A stretch of 64,000 bases of DNA from NCBI GenBank assembly GCA_964016885.1, contig OZ024740.1, positions 30,938,001 to 31,002,000 of the forward strand, in the 5' to 3' direction. Numbering within the stretch: position 1 is the stretch's first letter; the number at the start of each line of letters is the position of its first letter. The notes under the pieces are model-generated. The model searched no databases. It had not been told where the DNA came from and saw nothing but the letters and a program-made list of their open reading frames with translations. The DNA is from Eledone cirrhosa (taxonomy: Eukaryota). Of the stretch, positions 21,801 to 35,900 are shown piece after piece. A program made the position numbers and the translations under genes.

Positions 21801-22350
21801 AACCAGCAATAATTATGTAGTCACTGTCGGTTATTTGGGAGGTAGTGAGCATTAGCGACTCATAGAATCTGCTTTTATAATGCCAGGCAGTCCGGATTGG
21901 GGTGCATACGCAGATATTATTGTCACAGTAGTTCTATTTAGGACAAGTCTTATTTTAATTATTCTGTCGTTCACTCTATTTACGTCTATTATCTTATTTA
22001 CCCATATTTCTGCTAGCATGATTCCTAACCCACCCAGCCCATTGTCATTTCCCACCCAGAAAAGTTTATAGCATCGTTTTTTACCCACAATGAATCTAGC
22101 AGACCCACTCCTCCACCTGGTCTCTTGAACACAGCAAACATCAGCTTCCTTACACTCAAGCATCTCTACAACCTCGTTAGAGCGACCCTTTAAAGTGCCT
22201 ACATTCATGGTACCAACTTTGAAGTTTTGGATTGCGTTTGGTGGGTGGGAAGGATAAGGCGCAGGGAGGGGTGAGGGGGATGGGGTTATGTTAGCCATCC
22301 GCGGCTGAAATAAAGAGGAGTCTTTGCATTCTCATCCGGCAACATGAGGT
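18833..22350 (-). mobile_element. Near full-length RTE LINE (APE-RT-Cys finger), disrupted
   Basis: ORF pieces 21852-22298 (GTMNVGTL, VQETRW, SAYAPQ), 21550-21852, 20108-21079 (FVDLEKAFDRV, GVHQGSVLSP, LYADD) and 19220-20071; (CAT)n tail; 5' boundary approximate. Confidence 0.93.
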
Positions 22351-22730
22351 GAATTTATCTTTATCTTTGACATTGTCATTGAGTGTCCAGATTTTTCAGA
22401 CTCTCCAGAATTCCATAGTCCATCTAGCATATCGAAAAGCAACCAGGTCTAAACTTAAGAAGAGGTCTAAACTTAAGAAGTGATAGCCGAGGCGGTGGTT
22501 TTGTGAAAGAGATTGGTAGAAGAAACATATTATAAGCCGCTGAATTATGATTGAACCAAATAATAATGGCGGCGAGTGGGGGCGGGGGGGATCTGGGGGA
22601 GTTAGCGAGAAGGTTATTTTATAATATAATCCTAGAAATTCGGCCATAATTAAACGAGCATATAAGTAGAAGATTGTTTTCGAGTCTTTTAATCCAGTTA
22701 GTAAAATAAGTTGGATTACTTTGAATAAAT

Positions 22731-22847
22731 AATTGTTTCTACTTTTGGCACAAGGCCAGCAATTACCCAATGCATTACTGGTACTTTATCCTATCGACCC
22801 CGGAAGGATGAAAGGCAAAGTTAACCTCGGTGGGATTTGAACTCAGA
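22731..22847 (-). mobile_element. SINE 3' half
   Basis: Same family as 15636-15823. Confidence 0.75.
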
Positions 22848-23699
22848 TCATACAGGGAGGTAACTTTGAATAAATAATGAATGAATATTACATAATTTAT
22901 GTACTAAATTTCGTAAACATAAATAATTTTGTAAAAATAAATAATTTTGTAAAAATAAATAATTTAAAATTGACTTCTTTTCAAAGTTGCACTTCCGGTA
23001 TATTGTCGCCACCACCACCACTTCAACTACCATATATATAGAAAGAGAGAGTGTGTGATGAGAGAGATAGAGGGATTATGATTTTCTACACGCTGACGCG
23101 TATGAGTGTGCACATACATACATCTATATGTATGAGTATATAACTATAATCGCGTAAACACAAACTTATAAAAATATACCCTCACGGATATATATTCAGA
23201 TAAATACACACACTTTCACACAAAAACATTTACACAAACACACATTCACACATACATTTACACAAACACACACATACAGTCATGATAGCGTTTGGTGAAT
23301 TGGAAACGGCAGGGTAAAACAAGTATCACGTTTTATTTATTTATTAACAACACAGTTTAACTCTTTTTTTTAAAACTCATTTGTATAAAAATTTAATATA
23401 ATGCTTACAGAACGAAAACACAAACAAATATAATATATATGCTGTAGCTTTCACCCTTACCGCTGCATCCAGGATGTGGGAAGAAGCAAGAGTCACTAAA
23501 TGTGACGTCCCATTCACACAAATATACATACTTTAACACAAACACATACATAGATTCACACAAACACACATTTACACAAACACACACATACAGTCATGAC
23601 AGCGTTCAGTGAATTGGAAATGGGAGGGTAAAAGTACAACTTTTTATTTATTTATTAACAACACAGTTTAACTCTTTTTTTTTTTTTTAACTCATTTAT

Positions 23700-24036
23700 C
23701 ATTTCATTCGTTTTATTTCATTTTCCGTCCGCTTTTTCCCTGCTTGCAAGGGTGGGACGGGAACTGATTCTGGCTTGATTTCTACAGCTGGATGCCCTTC
23801 CTAACACCAACCTCATTTACAGTGAGTGCTGGGTGCTTTTTTGCCGTAACACCTCCACTTTGCAGTGGAATGATACGGACCCTAGTCCTATCATCTCGTT
23901 TCTACAGCTGAGTAAACTGGAGCAATGTGAAATAAAGTGTCTTGCTCAAGGAAACAACACATCACCCGGTCTGAGAATTGAACTCACAACCTTTTGATTG
24001 CAAGGCCAATGCTCTAACCACTAAGCCATGTGCCTC
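23700..24036 (-). mobile_element. tRNA-derived SINE with RTE-derived tail
   Basis: Head ggaggcacatggcttagtggttagagc...gagttcaattctc; tail cccgtcccacccttgcaagcagggaaaaagcgga; flanked by direct repeat catttat (23693-23699, 24037-24043). Confidence 0.8.
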
Positions 24037-24255
24037 CATTTATATAAAAATTTAATATAATGATTACAGAATGAAAACACTAACAAATATAATGTATACA
24101 AAGGAAAGGGAAAGGAAAAAAGAAAGAGAAAAAATACACAAGCAGGTAATATACACATCTTAGGCCATAGAACAATATGCAGGCGAAAGAATGGAAAAAC
24201 AAGACGCTACCAGAGCAAAAGATAGCAATATAGCGCGGACCACTGGGAAACTTCT

Positions 24256-24700
24256 CTAATAATTTTTGAGGCAGGCCGGCACACTCGCAGTGTGACCTGG
24301 GATGATGGCGAAGCTGAGGTGCTGCAACAACCAAGTGCCCTCATGAGCATCACCAGTTACCTCTGTTTGGTGAGCCGCCAGTGAAGATAAGAACCTCGCT
24401 GTCAGTAGCCCAACTCCCCCAAACGTCTCGAACGCCACAGGCTGGATAATGTAGTTAGCTGACAGAACACGGTATTTTAAGATTTTGTTCCATTCAGCTG
24501 CGGATGCTGTAGCTCTCGTCCTTACCTCTGCATCCAGGATGTGGGAAGAAGCAAAAGAGTCACTAACTGTGACGTCCCAGGTAAGGCACCTGCCTCTTGA
24601 CCAGGAGCACAGAGTAAGACTGTCAAGTCTTTTCCCATCAATTCTGGACAACCCAGAAAGTTCCAAAATTGAGGCGATGTTTGTCCAGGCCAAAGTGGTA
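24256..24700 (-). pseudogene. Restriction-like endonuclease domain of a CRE/R2-group non-LTR retrotransposon
   Basis: GLSRIDGKRLDSLTL.SW..GRCLTWDVTVSD...AAEWNKILKY...PVAFETFG matches the RPDG...WD...AE..K..KY...P.AFET.G pattern. Confidence 0.8.
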
Positions 24701-24899
24701 ATAGGACAGTGTGTGTATGTGCACACACGAGTTTGTCGGTGTTCTTGAATTAGAGACGTGTGTGTGTGTGAGTCACTGTTTTTAAGTTAGAGACATATAT
24801 GTGTGTATCCCTTTCCTTCCTTGTAGACACACATACATTCACACAAACACACAAATGCATTGTGTGATGGACGGGTGGACAGAAATTCCTCAAATTTAT

Positions 24900-25552
24900 A
24901 TACATGTGAATGGAGTTCTACTGAAGCAGTTAGAGAAGTTCAAGTATCTTGGAGCCGTGTTCATGAATGATGGAATGCAGGGGGCTGAATTAAGGGCAAG
25001 AATTGCAAAAGCTGATGCAGTAATGCGCCAGCCTCAGCATTCAGCAATCAGAAGAAGGGGGTAGGTGTAAAAGACAAACTCGCTGTCTTCCTGGTATTCC
25101 TGCCAACTCTTACCGAGGATCGTGAATCTTGAGTAATGACCAAAAGAATACAATTGCAAATAAAAGCGGCAGAAATGGGATTCCTCCGAAGGGTCTTTGG
25201 AGTAACATTACTCGATAAAGTGCAAAGCTCAGAAACCAGAGAGTCACTCCTGGTAGATCCGCTACTTCTACGAATTGAGAGATCACAACTCCGATATTAT
25301 GATCATGTGGTTAGAATGTCTCAGTAAAGAATCGCTGGACACATTTTACTGGCAAAACCAACCGGCAAGAGACCCAGTGGTAGACCCTGAGCAAGATAGT
25401 TGGATAACGTCCATGAGCTTGGCTGGTCATGCTTTGGGATCCAGCTGGATCAGTTAGAGATGTTTGCTTCTGACAGAAGACTCGCTGGAAGGAGTGTTTG
25501 AGAAGGACTCTGCCCCCATGACCCTCTCAGAAATAAGTGGGCGAAGAAGAAG
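24900..25552 (+). mobile_element. Decayed 3' fragment of a second RTE family
   Basis: LKQLEKFKYLG, AAEMGFLRRV.GVTLLDKV, IERSQLRYYDHVVRM; (GAA)n tail. Confidence 0.82.
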
Positions 25553-26099
25553 ATATTGTCAATTTACTTTTCAATTTATATATATATTTGCGTATAATAC
25601 CAATATGCACACCACATATGCTAGCAGAAAACCGGCTGAAGGGTGGTTTTTCTGCTAGTAGTGCTAATGTTGTAAGTATAGAAATACATGTACGTGTGTG
25701 CATTTCTGTGGGTCTGTATCTTTGTGAGTGTGATTTTGTAATATTAACCTAATCATTATGATTTTGATAATGAACCCTTAATATCAGTTTCTTTTTTATC
25801 CCACCCAGTTTATAGAATAGTTACACTATATCCCTACATGTTGTAAGAGGTGACTAAAAGGGTTGGCATCAGGAAGGACATCTGGCTGCAAAACATTGTC
25901 TTAAACTATCCCATCCACCAACGCCAGCATGGAAAAATGGACATAAAACGATGATGATGATGATGATGATGAATTATCTTCTAGATATTTCATTCTCTCT
26001 CTCTCCTGTCCTGACTCCTTTATCCATGTTTCCTCCCACCACCCCCTCTTTTTTTTTCTCTTTTACTTGAACTTCACTTTTCTTAATTTTATTTTTCAG

Positions 26100-26266
26100 A
26101 TCTGGTTCCACACTTGCTGAATACACTCTTTATCTACTTGGCTCCCAATTGGAAAACATTTTGAATGAACTTAATTCAACTGTTCCAGACAGGCTAAATA
26201 AAATTGCCACTCCTTTAGGAAAGCCATTCAATGTAAAAGAAGACATGCAAGCCAACATTCAGCAAG
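26100..26266 (+). CDS. Host gene exon C: SEA domain C-terminal part
   Basis: Strong polypyrimidine tract + cAG, donor GTaaga; encodes (R)SGSTLAEYTLYLLGSQLENILNELNSTVPDRLNKIATPLGKPFNVKEDMQANIQQ; phase 2 to 1. Confidence 0.87.
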
Positions 26267-26468
26267 GTAAGAATTTATTTGTCTCTAACCAAACATAAAA
26301 TCAGGCAAATGTATGTAGAAAAATGTAGAAAACCAGATAATTTGTGAATAAGACCTATCACAGTGTAAAATCAAGTAGATTTGTCTGTAGTTGGGTATAT
26401 AATCAGGTAAATTTGTTTAAAGCAGGGTATAAAATCATGCAACAGCCTCAATATTTCTGCATCTAGTT

Positions 26469-26838
26469 AAATTTTGGTGGGGTCCACTGCTCCCCCCCTC
26501 ACAGCCACGTAATACCCTCAGCACCCCCAACCCTATTTCCAGAGATCTGCCTACACGCAAATTGTAAATAATATATAATAAATAAAATCGTTAATTTATG
26601 TATAATAAATTATATGATATATAATATGTACAAATAAATATTATATAATTTTTAATTTATTATATTTATATATAATTGTTTCTACTTTAGGCACAAGGCC
26701 AGCAATTACCCAGTGCATTACTAGTACTTTATTTTATCATTTGATATTTAATATACTATTATATTATCTCTACCGCCCCCTTAGACCATTTCAATTACCC
26801 CCACCCAGCCCAGGTAGCACCTACTTTGAGAACCTCTG
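26469..26838. mobile_element. Degenerate hAT MITE
   Basis: Right TIR tttgagaacctctg resembles that of 16077-18696; 8-bp direct repeat atcTAgtt at 26461-26468 and 26839-26846; left TIR not recognisable. Confidence 0.5.
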
Positions 26839-26906
26839 ATCTAGTTTAAGAGGTGGGAAAGTTTGATGGCTGTGTGATACATGATAGTCATTCCTTTGCT
26901 TTTTTA

Positions 26907-29900
26907 GTATTAGGGTAAATATTGTATTGGTACTAGGGTAAATATTGTATTGGTACCAGGGTAAATATTGAATTGGTATTAGGGTAAATATTGTATTGGT
27001 ATTTGGGTAAATATTGTATTGGTATTTGGGTAAATATTGTCTTGGTATATGGGTAAATATTGTATTGGTACCAGGGTAAATATTGTATTGGTACTAGGGT
27101 AAATATTGTATTGGTATTAGGGTAAATATTGTATTGGTATTTGGGTAAATATTGTCTTGGTATATGGGTAAATATTGTATTGGTACTAGGGTAAATATTG
27201 CATTGGTATTTGGGTAAATATTGTATTGGTATTAGGGTCAATATTGTATTGGTATTTGGGTAAATATTGTATTGGTACCAGGGTAAATATTGTATTGGTA
27301 CTAGGGTAAATATTGTATTGGTATTAGGGTAAATATTGTATTAGTATTAGGGTAAATATTGTATTGGTACCAGGGTAAATATTGTATTGGTACTAGGGTA
27401 AATATTGTATTGGTATTTAGGTAAATATTGTATTGGTACTGGGGTAAATATTGTATTTGTATTAGGGTAAATATTGTATTTAACTAGGGTAAATATTGTA
27501 TTGGTACTAGGGTATATTATTGTATTGGTATTTAGGTAAATATTGTATTGGTATTTGAGTAAATATTGTATTGGTATTAGGGTATATTATTGTATTGGTA
27601 TTTGGGTAAATATTCTATTGGTATTTAGGGTAAATATTGTATTGGTATTAGGATAAATATTGTATTGGTATTAGGGTATATTATTGTATTGGTATTTGGG
27701 TAAATATTGTATTGGTAGTAGGGTAAATATTGTATTGGTACTAGGGTAAATATTGTATTGGTATTTAGGTAAATATTGTATTGGACTAGGGTAAATATTG
27801 TATTGGTATTTGGGTAAATATTGTATTGGTATTAGGGTAAATTTTGTATTGGTACTAGGGTAAATATTGTATTGGTATTAGGGTAAATATTGTATTGGTA
27901 TTTGGGTAAATATCGTAATGGTACAAGGGTAAATATTGCATTGGTATTTGGGTAAATATTGTATTGGTACTAGGGTAAATATTGTATTGGTACTAGGGTA
28001 AATATTGTATTGGTATTAGGGTAAATATTGTATTGGTATTAGGGTAAATATTGTATTGGTACTAGGGTAAATATTGTATTGGTATTAGGGTAAATATTGT
28101 ATTGGTATTAGGGTAAATATTGTATTGGTATTTGGGTAAATATTGTATTGGTATTTGGGTAAATATTGTCTTGGTATATGGGTAAATATTGTATTGGTAC
28201 CAGGGTAAATATTGTATTGGTACTAGGGTAAATATTGTATTGGTATTAGGGTAAATATTGTATTGGTGTTTGGGTAAATATTGTCTTGGTATATGGGTAA
28301 ATATTGTATTGGTACTAGGGTAAATATTGCATTGGTATTTGGGTAAATATTGTATTGGTATTAGGGTCAATATTGTATTGGTATTTGGGTAAATATTGTA
28401 TTGGTACCAGGGTAAATATTGTATTGGTACTAGGGTAAATATTGTATTGGTATTAGGGTAAATATTGTATTAGTATTAGGGTAAATATTGTATTGGTACC
28501 AGGGTAAATATTGTATTGGTACTAGGGTAAATATTGTATTGGTATTTAGGTAAATATTGTATTGGTACTGGGGTAAATATTGTATTTGTATTAGGGTAAA
28601 TATTGTATTTATACTAGGGTAAATATTGTATTGGTACTAGGGTATATTATTGTATTGGTATTTAGGTAAATATTGTATTGGTATTTGAGTAAATATTGTA
28701 TTGGTATTAGGGTATATTATTGTATTGGTATTTGGGTAAATATTCTATTGGTACTAGGGTAAATATTGTATTGGTATTTAGGGTAAATATTGTATTGGTA
28801 TTAGGATAAATATTGTATTGGTATTAGGGTATATTATTGTATTGGTATTTGGGTAAATATTGTATTGGTAGTAGGGTAAATATTGTATTGGTACTAGGGT
28901 AAATATTGTATTGGTATTTAGGTAAATATTGTATTGGACTAGGGTAAATATTGTATTGGTATTTGGGTAAATATTGTATTGGTATTAGGGTAAATTTTGT
29001 ATTGGTACTAGGGTAAATATTGTATTGGTATTAGAGTAAATATTGTATTGGTATTTGGGTAAATATCGTAATGGTACAAGGGTAAATATTGCATTGGTAT
29101 TTGGGTAAATATTGTATTGGTACTAGGGTAAATATTGTATTGGTACTAGGGTAAATATTGTATTGGTATTAGGGTAAATATTGTATTGGTATTAGGGTAA
29201 ATATTGTATTGGTACTAGGGTAAATATTGTATTGGTATTAGGGTAAATATTGTATTGGTATTAGGGTAAATATTGTATTGGTACTAGGGTAAATATTGTA
29301 TTGGTATTAGGGTAAATATTGTATTGGTATTTGGGTAAATATTGTCTTGGTATATGGGTAGATATTGTATTGGTACTAGGGTAAATATTGCATTGGTATT
29401 TGGGTAAATATGTATTGGTATTAGGGTAAATATTGTATTGGACTAGGGTAAATATTGTATTGGTACTAGGGTAAATATTGTATTGGCATTGGGGTAAATA
29501 TTGTATTGGTACTAGGGTAAATATTGTATTGGTATTTGGGTAAATATTGTATTGGTACTAGGGTAAATATTGTATTGGTATTAGGGTAAATATTGTATTG
29601 GTATTAGGGTAAATATTGTATTGGTTTTGGGTAAATATTGTATTGGTATTAGGGTAAATATTGTATTGATATTTGGGTAAATATTGTCTTGGGATATGGG
29701 TAAATATTGTATTGGGACCAGGGTAAATATTGTATTGGTACTAGGGTAAATATTGTATTGGTATTATGGTAATATTGTATTGGTATTTGAGTAAGTATTG
29801 TATTGGTAATAGGGTAAATATTGTATTGGTTCTAGGGTAAATATTGTATTGGTATTTGGGTAAATATTGTATTGGTATTAGGGTAAATATTGTATTGGTA

Positions 29901-32900
29901 TTTAGGTAAATATTGTATTGGTACCAGGGTAAATATTGTATTGATATTAGGGTAAATATTGTATTGGTATTAGGGTAAATATTGTATTGATATTTGGGTA
30001 AATATTGTCTTGGAATATGGGTAAATATTGTATTGGTACCAGGGTAAATATTGTATTGGTACTAGGGTAAATATTGTATTGGTATTAGGGTAATATTGTA
30101 TTGGTATTTGAGTAAATATTGTATTGGTACTAGGGTAAATATTGTATTGGTTCTAGGGTAAATATTGTATTGGTATTTGGGTAAATATTGTATTGGTATT
30201 AGGGTAAATATTGTATTGGTATTTAGGTAAATATTGTATTAGTACCAGGGTAAATATTGTATTGATATTAGGGTAAATATTGTATTGGTATTAGGGTAAA
30301 TGTTGTACTGGTATTATGGTAAATATTGTATTGGTACTATTGTAAATATTGTATTGGTATTTGGGTAAATATTGTATTGGTACTAGGGTAAATATTGCAT
30401 TGGTATTTGGGTAAATATGTATTGGTATTAGGGTAAATATTGTATTGGTACTAGGGTAAATATTGTATTGGTAATAGGGTAAATATTGTATTGGTATTTG
30501 GGTAAATATTGTATTGGTACTAGGGTAAATATTGTATTGGTATTAGGGTAAATATTGTATTGGTATTAGGGTAAATATTGTATTGGTATTTGGGTAAATA
30601 TTGTATTGGTATTAGGGTAAATATTGTATTGATATTTGGGTAAATATTGTCTTGGTATATGGGTAAATATTGTATTGGTACCAGGGTAAATATTGTATTG
30701 GTACTAGGGTAAATATTGTATTGGTATTAGGGTAATATTGTATTGGTATTTGAGTAAATTTTGTATTGGTACTAGGGTAAATATTGTATTGGTTCTAGGG
30801 TAAATATTGTATTGGTATTTGGGTAAATATTGTATTGGTATTAGGGTAAATATTGTATTGGTATTTGGGTAAATATTGTATTGGTACCAGGGTAAATATT
30901 GTATTGATATTAGGGTAAATATTGTATTGGCATTAGGGTAAATATTGTATTGATATTTGGGTAAATATTGTCTTGGGATATGGGTAAATATTGTATTGGT
31001 ACCAGGGTAAATATTGTATTGGTACTAGGGTAAATATTGTATTGGTATTCGGGTAATATTGTATTGGTATTTGAGTAAATATTGTATTGGTACTAGGGTA
31101 AATATTGTATTGGTTCTAGGGTAAATATTGTATTGGTATTTGGGTAAATATTGTATTGGTATTAGGGTAAATATTGTATTGGTATTTAGGTAAATATTGT
31201 ATTGGTACCAGGGTAAATATTGTATTGATATTAGGGTAAATATTGTATTGGTATTGGTAAATATTGTATTGGTATTAGGGTAAATATTGTATTGGTTATA
31301 GGGTAAATATTGTATTGGTATTTGGGTAAATATTGTCTTGGTATATGGGTAAATATTGTCTTGGTTTATGGGTAAATATTGCATTGGTATTTGGGTAAAT
31401 ATGTATTGGTACTAGGGTAAATATTGTATTGGTATTAGGGTAATATTGTATTGGTATTTGAGTAAATATTGTATTGGTACTAGGGTAAATATTGTATTGG
31501 TTCTAGGGTAAATATTGTATTGGTATTTGGGTAAATATTGTATTGGTACTAGGGTAAATATTGTATTGGTATTTAGGTAAATATTGTATTGGTACTAGGG
31601 TAAATATAGTATTGATATTAGGGTAAATATTGTATTGGTATTTAGGTAAATATTGTATTGGACCTAGGGTAAATATTGTATTGGTATTTAGGTAAATATT
31701 GTATTGGTACTAGGGAAAATATTGTATTGGTATTTAGGTAAATATTGTATTGGTATTAGGGTAATATTGTATTGGTATTTGAGTAAATATTGTATTGGTA
31801 CCAGGGTAAATATTGTATTGGTACTAGGGTAAATATTGTATTGGTATTTAGGTAAATATTGTATTGGTATTAGGATAAATATTGTATTGGTATTAGGGTA
31901 TATTATTGTATTGGTATTTGGGTAAATATTGTATTGGTAGTAGGGTAAATATTGTATTGGTACTAGGGTAAATATTGTATTGGTACTAGGGTATATTATT
32001 GTATTGGTATTTAGGTAAATATTGTATTGGTATTTGAGTAAATATTGTATTGGTATTAGGGTATATTATTGTATTGGTATTTGGGTAAATATTCTATTGG
32101 TACTAGGGTAAATATTGTATTGGTATTTAGGGTAAATATTGTATTGGTATTAGGATAAATATTGTATTGGTATTAGGGTATATTATTGTATTGATTATTG
32201 GGTAAATATTGTATTGGTAGTAGGGTAAATATTGTATTGGTACTAGGGTAAATATTGTATTGGTATTTAGGTAAATATTGTATTGGTACTAGGGTAAATA
32301 TTGTATTGGTATTAGGGTAAATATTGTATTGGTATTTGGGTAAATATCGTAATGGTACTAGGGTAAATATTGCATTGGTATTTGGGTAAATATTTTATTG
32401 GTACGAGGGTAAATATTGTATTGGTACTAGGGTAAATATTGTATTGGTATTAGGGTAAATATTGCATTGGTATTAGGGTAAATATTGTATTGGTATTAGG
32501 GTAAATATTGTATTGGTATTAGGGTAAATATTGTATTGGTATTTGGGTAAATATTGTCTTGGTATATGGGTAAATATTGTATTGGTACTAGGGTAAATAT
32601 TGCATTGGTATTTGGGTAAATATGTATTGGTATTAGGGTAAATATTGTATTGGACTAGGGTAAATATTGTATTGGTACTAGGGTAAATATTGTATTGGCA
32701 TTTGGGTAAATATTGTATTGGTACTAGGGTAAATATTGTATCGGTATTTGGGTAAATATTGTATTGGTACTAGGGTAAATATTGTATTGGTATTAGGGTA
32801 AATATTGTATTGGTACTAGGTTAAATATTGTATTGGTTCTAGGGTAAATATTGTATTGGTATTTGGGTAAATATTGTATTGGTACTAGGGTAAATATTGT

Positions 32901-35900
32901 ATTGGTATTAGGGTAAATATTGTATTGGTATTTGGGTAAATATTGTCTTGGGATATGGGTAAATATTGTATTGGTACCAGGGTAAATATTGTATTGGTAC
33001 TAGGGTAAATATTGTATTGGTATTAGGGTAATATTGTATTGGTATTTGAGTAAATATTGTATTGGTACTAGGGTAAATATTGTATTGGTTCTAGGGTAAA
33101 TATTGTATTGGTATTTGGGTAAATATTGTATTGGTACCAGGGTAAATATTGTATTGATATTAGGGTAAATATTGTATTGGCATTAGGGTAAATATTGTAT
33201 TGATATTTGGGTAAATATTGTCTTGGGATATGGGTAAATATTGTATTGGTACCAGGGTAAATATTGTATTGGTACTAGGGTAAATATTGTATTTGTATTA
33301 GGGTAATATTGTTTTGGTATTTGAGTAAATATTGTATTGGTACTAGGGTAAATATTGTATTGGTTCTAGGGTAAATATTGTATTGGTATTAGGGTAAATA
33401 TTGTATTGGTATTTAGGTAAATATTGTATTGGTACCAGGGTAAATATTGTATTGATATAAGGGTAAATATTGTATTGGTATTAGGGTAAATATTGTATTG
33501 GTATTAGGGTAAATATTGTATTGGTACTAGGGTAAATATTGTATTGGTATTTGGGTAAATATTGTCTTGGTATATGGGTAAATATTGTATTGGTACTAGG
33601 GTCAATATTGCATTGGTATTTGGGTAAATATGTCTTGGTATTAGGGTAAATATTGTATTGGTATTTGGGTAAATATTGTATTGGTACTAGGGTAAATATT
33701 GTATTGGTATTTGGGTAAATATTGTATTGGTACTAGGGTAAATATTGTATTGGTATTAGGGTAAATATTGTATTGGTATTAGGGTAAATGTTGTATTGGT
33801 ATTTGGGTAAATATTGTATTGGTATTAGGGTAAATATTGTATTGATATTTGGGTAAATATTGTCTTGGTATATGGGTAAATATTGTATTGGTACCAGGGT
33901 AAATATTGTATTGGTACTAGGGTAAATATTGTATTGGTATTAGGGTAATATTGTATTGGTATTTGAGTAAATATTGTATTGGTACTAGGGTAAATATTTT
34001 ATTGGTTCTGGGGTAAATATTGTATTGGTATTTGGGTAAATATTGTATTGGTACTAGGGTAAATATTGTATTGGTATTTAGGTAAATATTGTATTGGTAC
34101 TAGGGTAAATATTGTATTGATATTAGGGTAAATATTGTATTGGTAGTTAGGTAAATATTGTATTGGTACTAGGGTAAATATTGTATTGGTATTTAGGTAA
34201 ATGTTGTATTGGTACTAGGGTAAATATTGTATTGGTACTAGGGTAAATATTGTATTGGTATTTGGGTAAATATTGTATTGGTACTAGGGTAAATATTGTA
34301 TTGGTATTAGGGTAAATATTGTATTGGTATTAGGGTAAATATTGGATTGGTATTTGGGTAAATATTGTATTGGTATTAGGGTAAATATTGTATTGATATT
34401 TGGGTAAATATTGTCTTGGTATATGGGTAAATATTGTATTGGTACCAGGGTAAATATTGTATTGGTACTAGGGTAAATATTGTATTGGTATTAGCGTAAT
34501 ATTGTATTGGTATTTGAGTAAATATTGTATTGGTACTAGGGTAAATATTTTATTGGTTCTAGGGTAAATATTGTATTGGTATTTGGGTAAATATTGTATT
34601 GGTACTAGGGTAAATATTGTATTGGTATTTAGGTAAATATTGTATTGGTACTAGGGTAAATATTGTATTGATCCTAGGGTAAATATTGTATTGGTATTTA
34701 GGTAAATATTGTATTGGAACTAGGGTAAATATTGTATTGGTATTTAGTTAAATATTGTATTAGTACTAGGGTAAATATTGTATTGGTACTAGGGTAAATA
34801 TTTTATTGATATTTGGGTAAATATTGTATTGGTACTAGGGTAAATATTGTATTGGTACTTGGGTAAATATTGTATTGGAATTAGGGTAAATATTGTATTG
34901 GTATTTGGGTAAATATTGTATTGGTTATAGGGTAAATATTGCATTGGTATTTGGGTAAATATTGTATTGGTATTAGGGAAATATTGTATTGGTACTAGGG
35001 TAAATATTGTATTTGTACTAGGGTAAATATTGTATTGGTTTAGGGTAAATACTGTATTGGTATTAGGGTAAATATTGTATTGGTATTAGGGTAAATATTG
35101 TATTGGTATTTGGGTAAATATTGTATTGGTATTAGGGTAAATATTGTATTGGTATTTGGGTAAATATTGTATTGGTACCAGGGTAAATATTGTATTGATA
35201 TTAAGGTAAATATTGTATTGGCATTAGGGTAAATATTGTATTGATATTTGGGTAAATATTGTCTTGGGATATGGGTAAATATTGTATTGGTACCAGGGTA
35301 AATATTGTATTGGTACTAGGGTAAATATTGTATTGGTATTCGGGTAATATTGTATTGGTATTTGAGTAAATATTGTATTGGTACTAGGGTAAATATTGTA
35401 TTGGTTCTAGGGTAAATATTGTATTGGTATTTGGGTAAATATTGTATTGGTATTAGGGTAAATATTGTATTGGTATTTAGGTAAATATTGTATTGGTACC
35501 AGGGTAAATATTGTATTGATATTAGGGTAAATATTGTATTGGTATTGGTAAATATTGTATTGGTATTAGGGTAAATATTGTATTGGTTATAGGGTAAATA
35601 TTGTATTGGTATTTGGGTAAATATTGTCTTGGTATATGGGTAAATATTGTCTTGGTTTATGGGTAAATATTGCATTGGTATTTGGGTAAATATGTATTGG
35701 TACTAGGGTAAATATTGTATTGGTATTAGGGTAATATTGTATTGGTATTTGAGTAAATATTGTATTGGTACTAGGGTAAATATTGTATTGGTTCTAGGGT
35801 AAATATTGTATTGGTATTTGGGTAAATATTTTATTGGTACTAGGGTAAATATTGTATTGGTATTTAGGTAAATATTGTATTGGTACTAGGGTAAATATAG

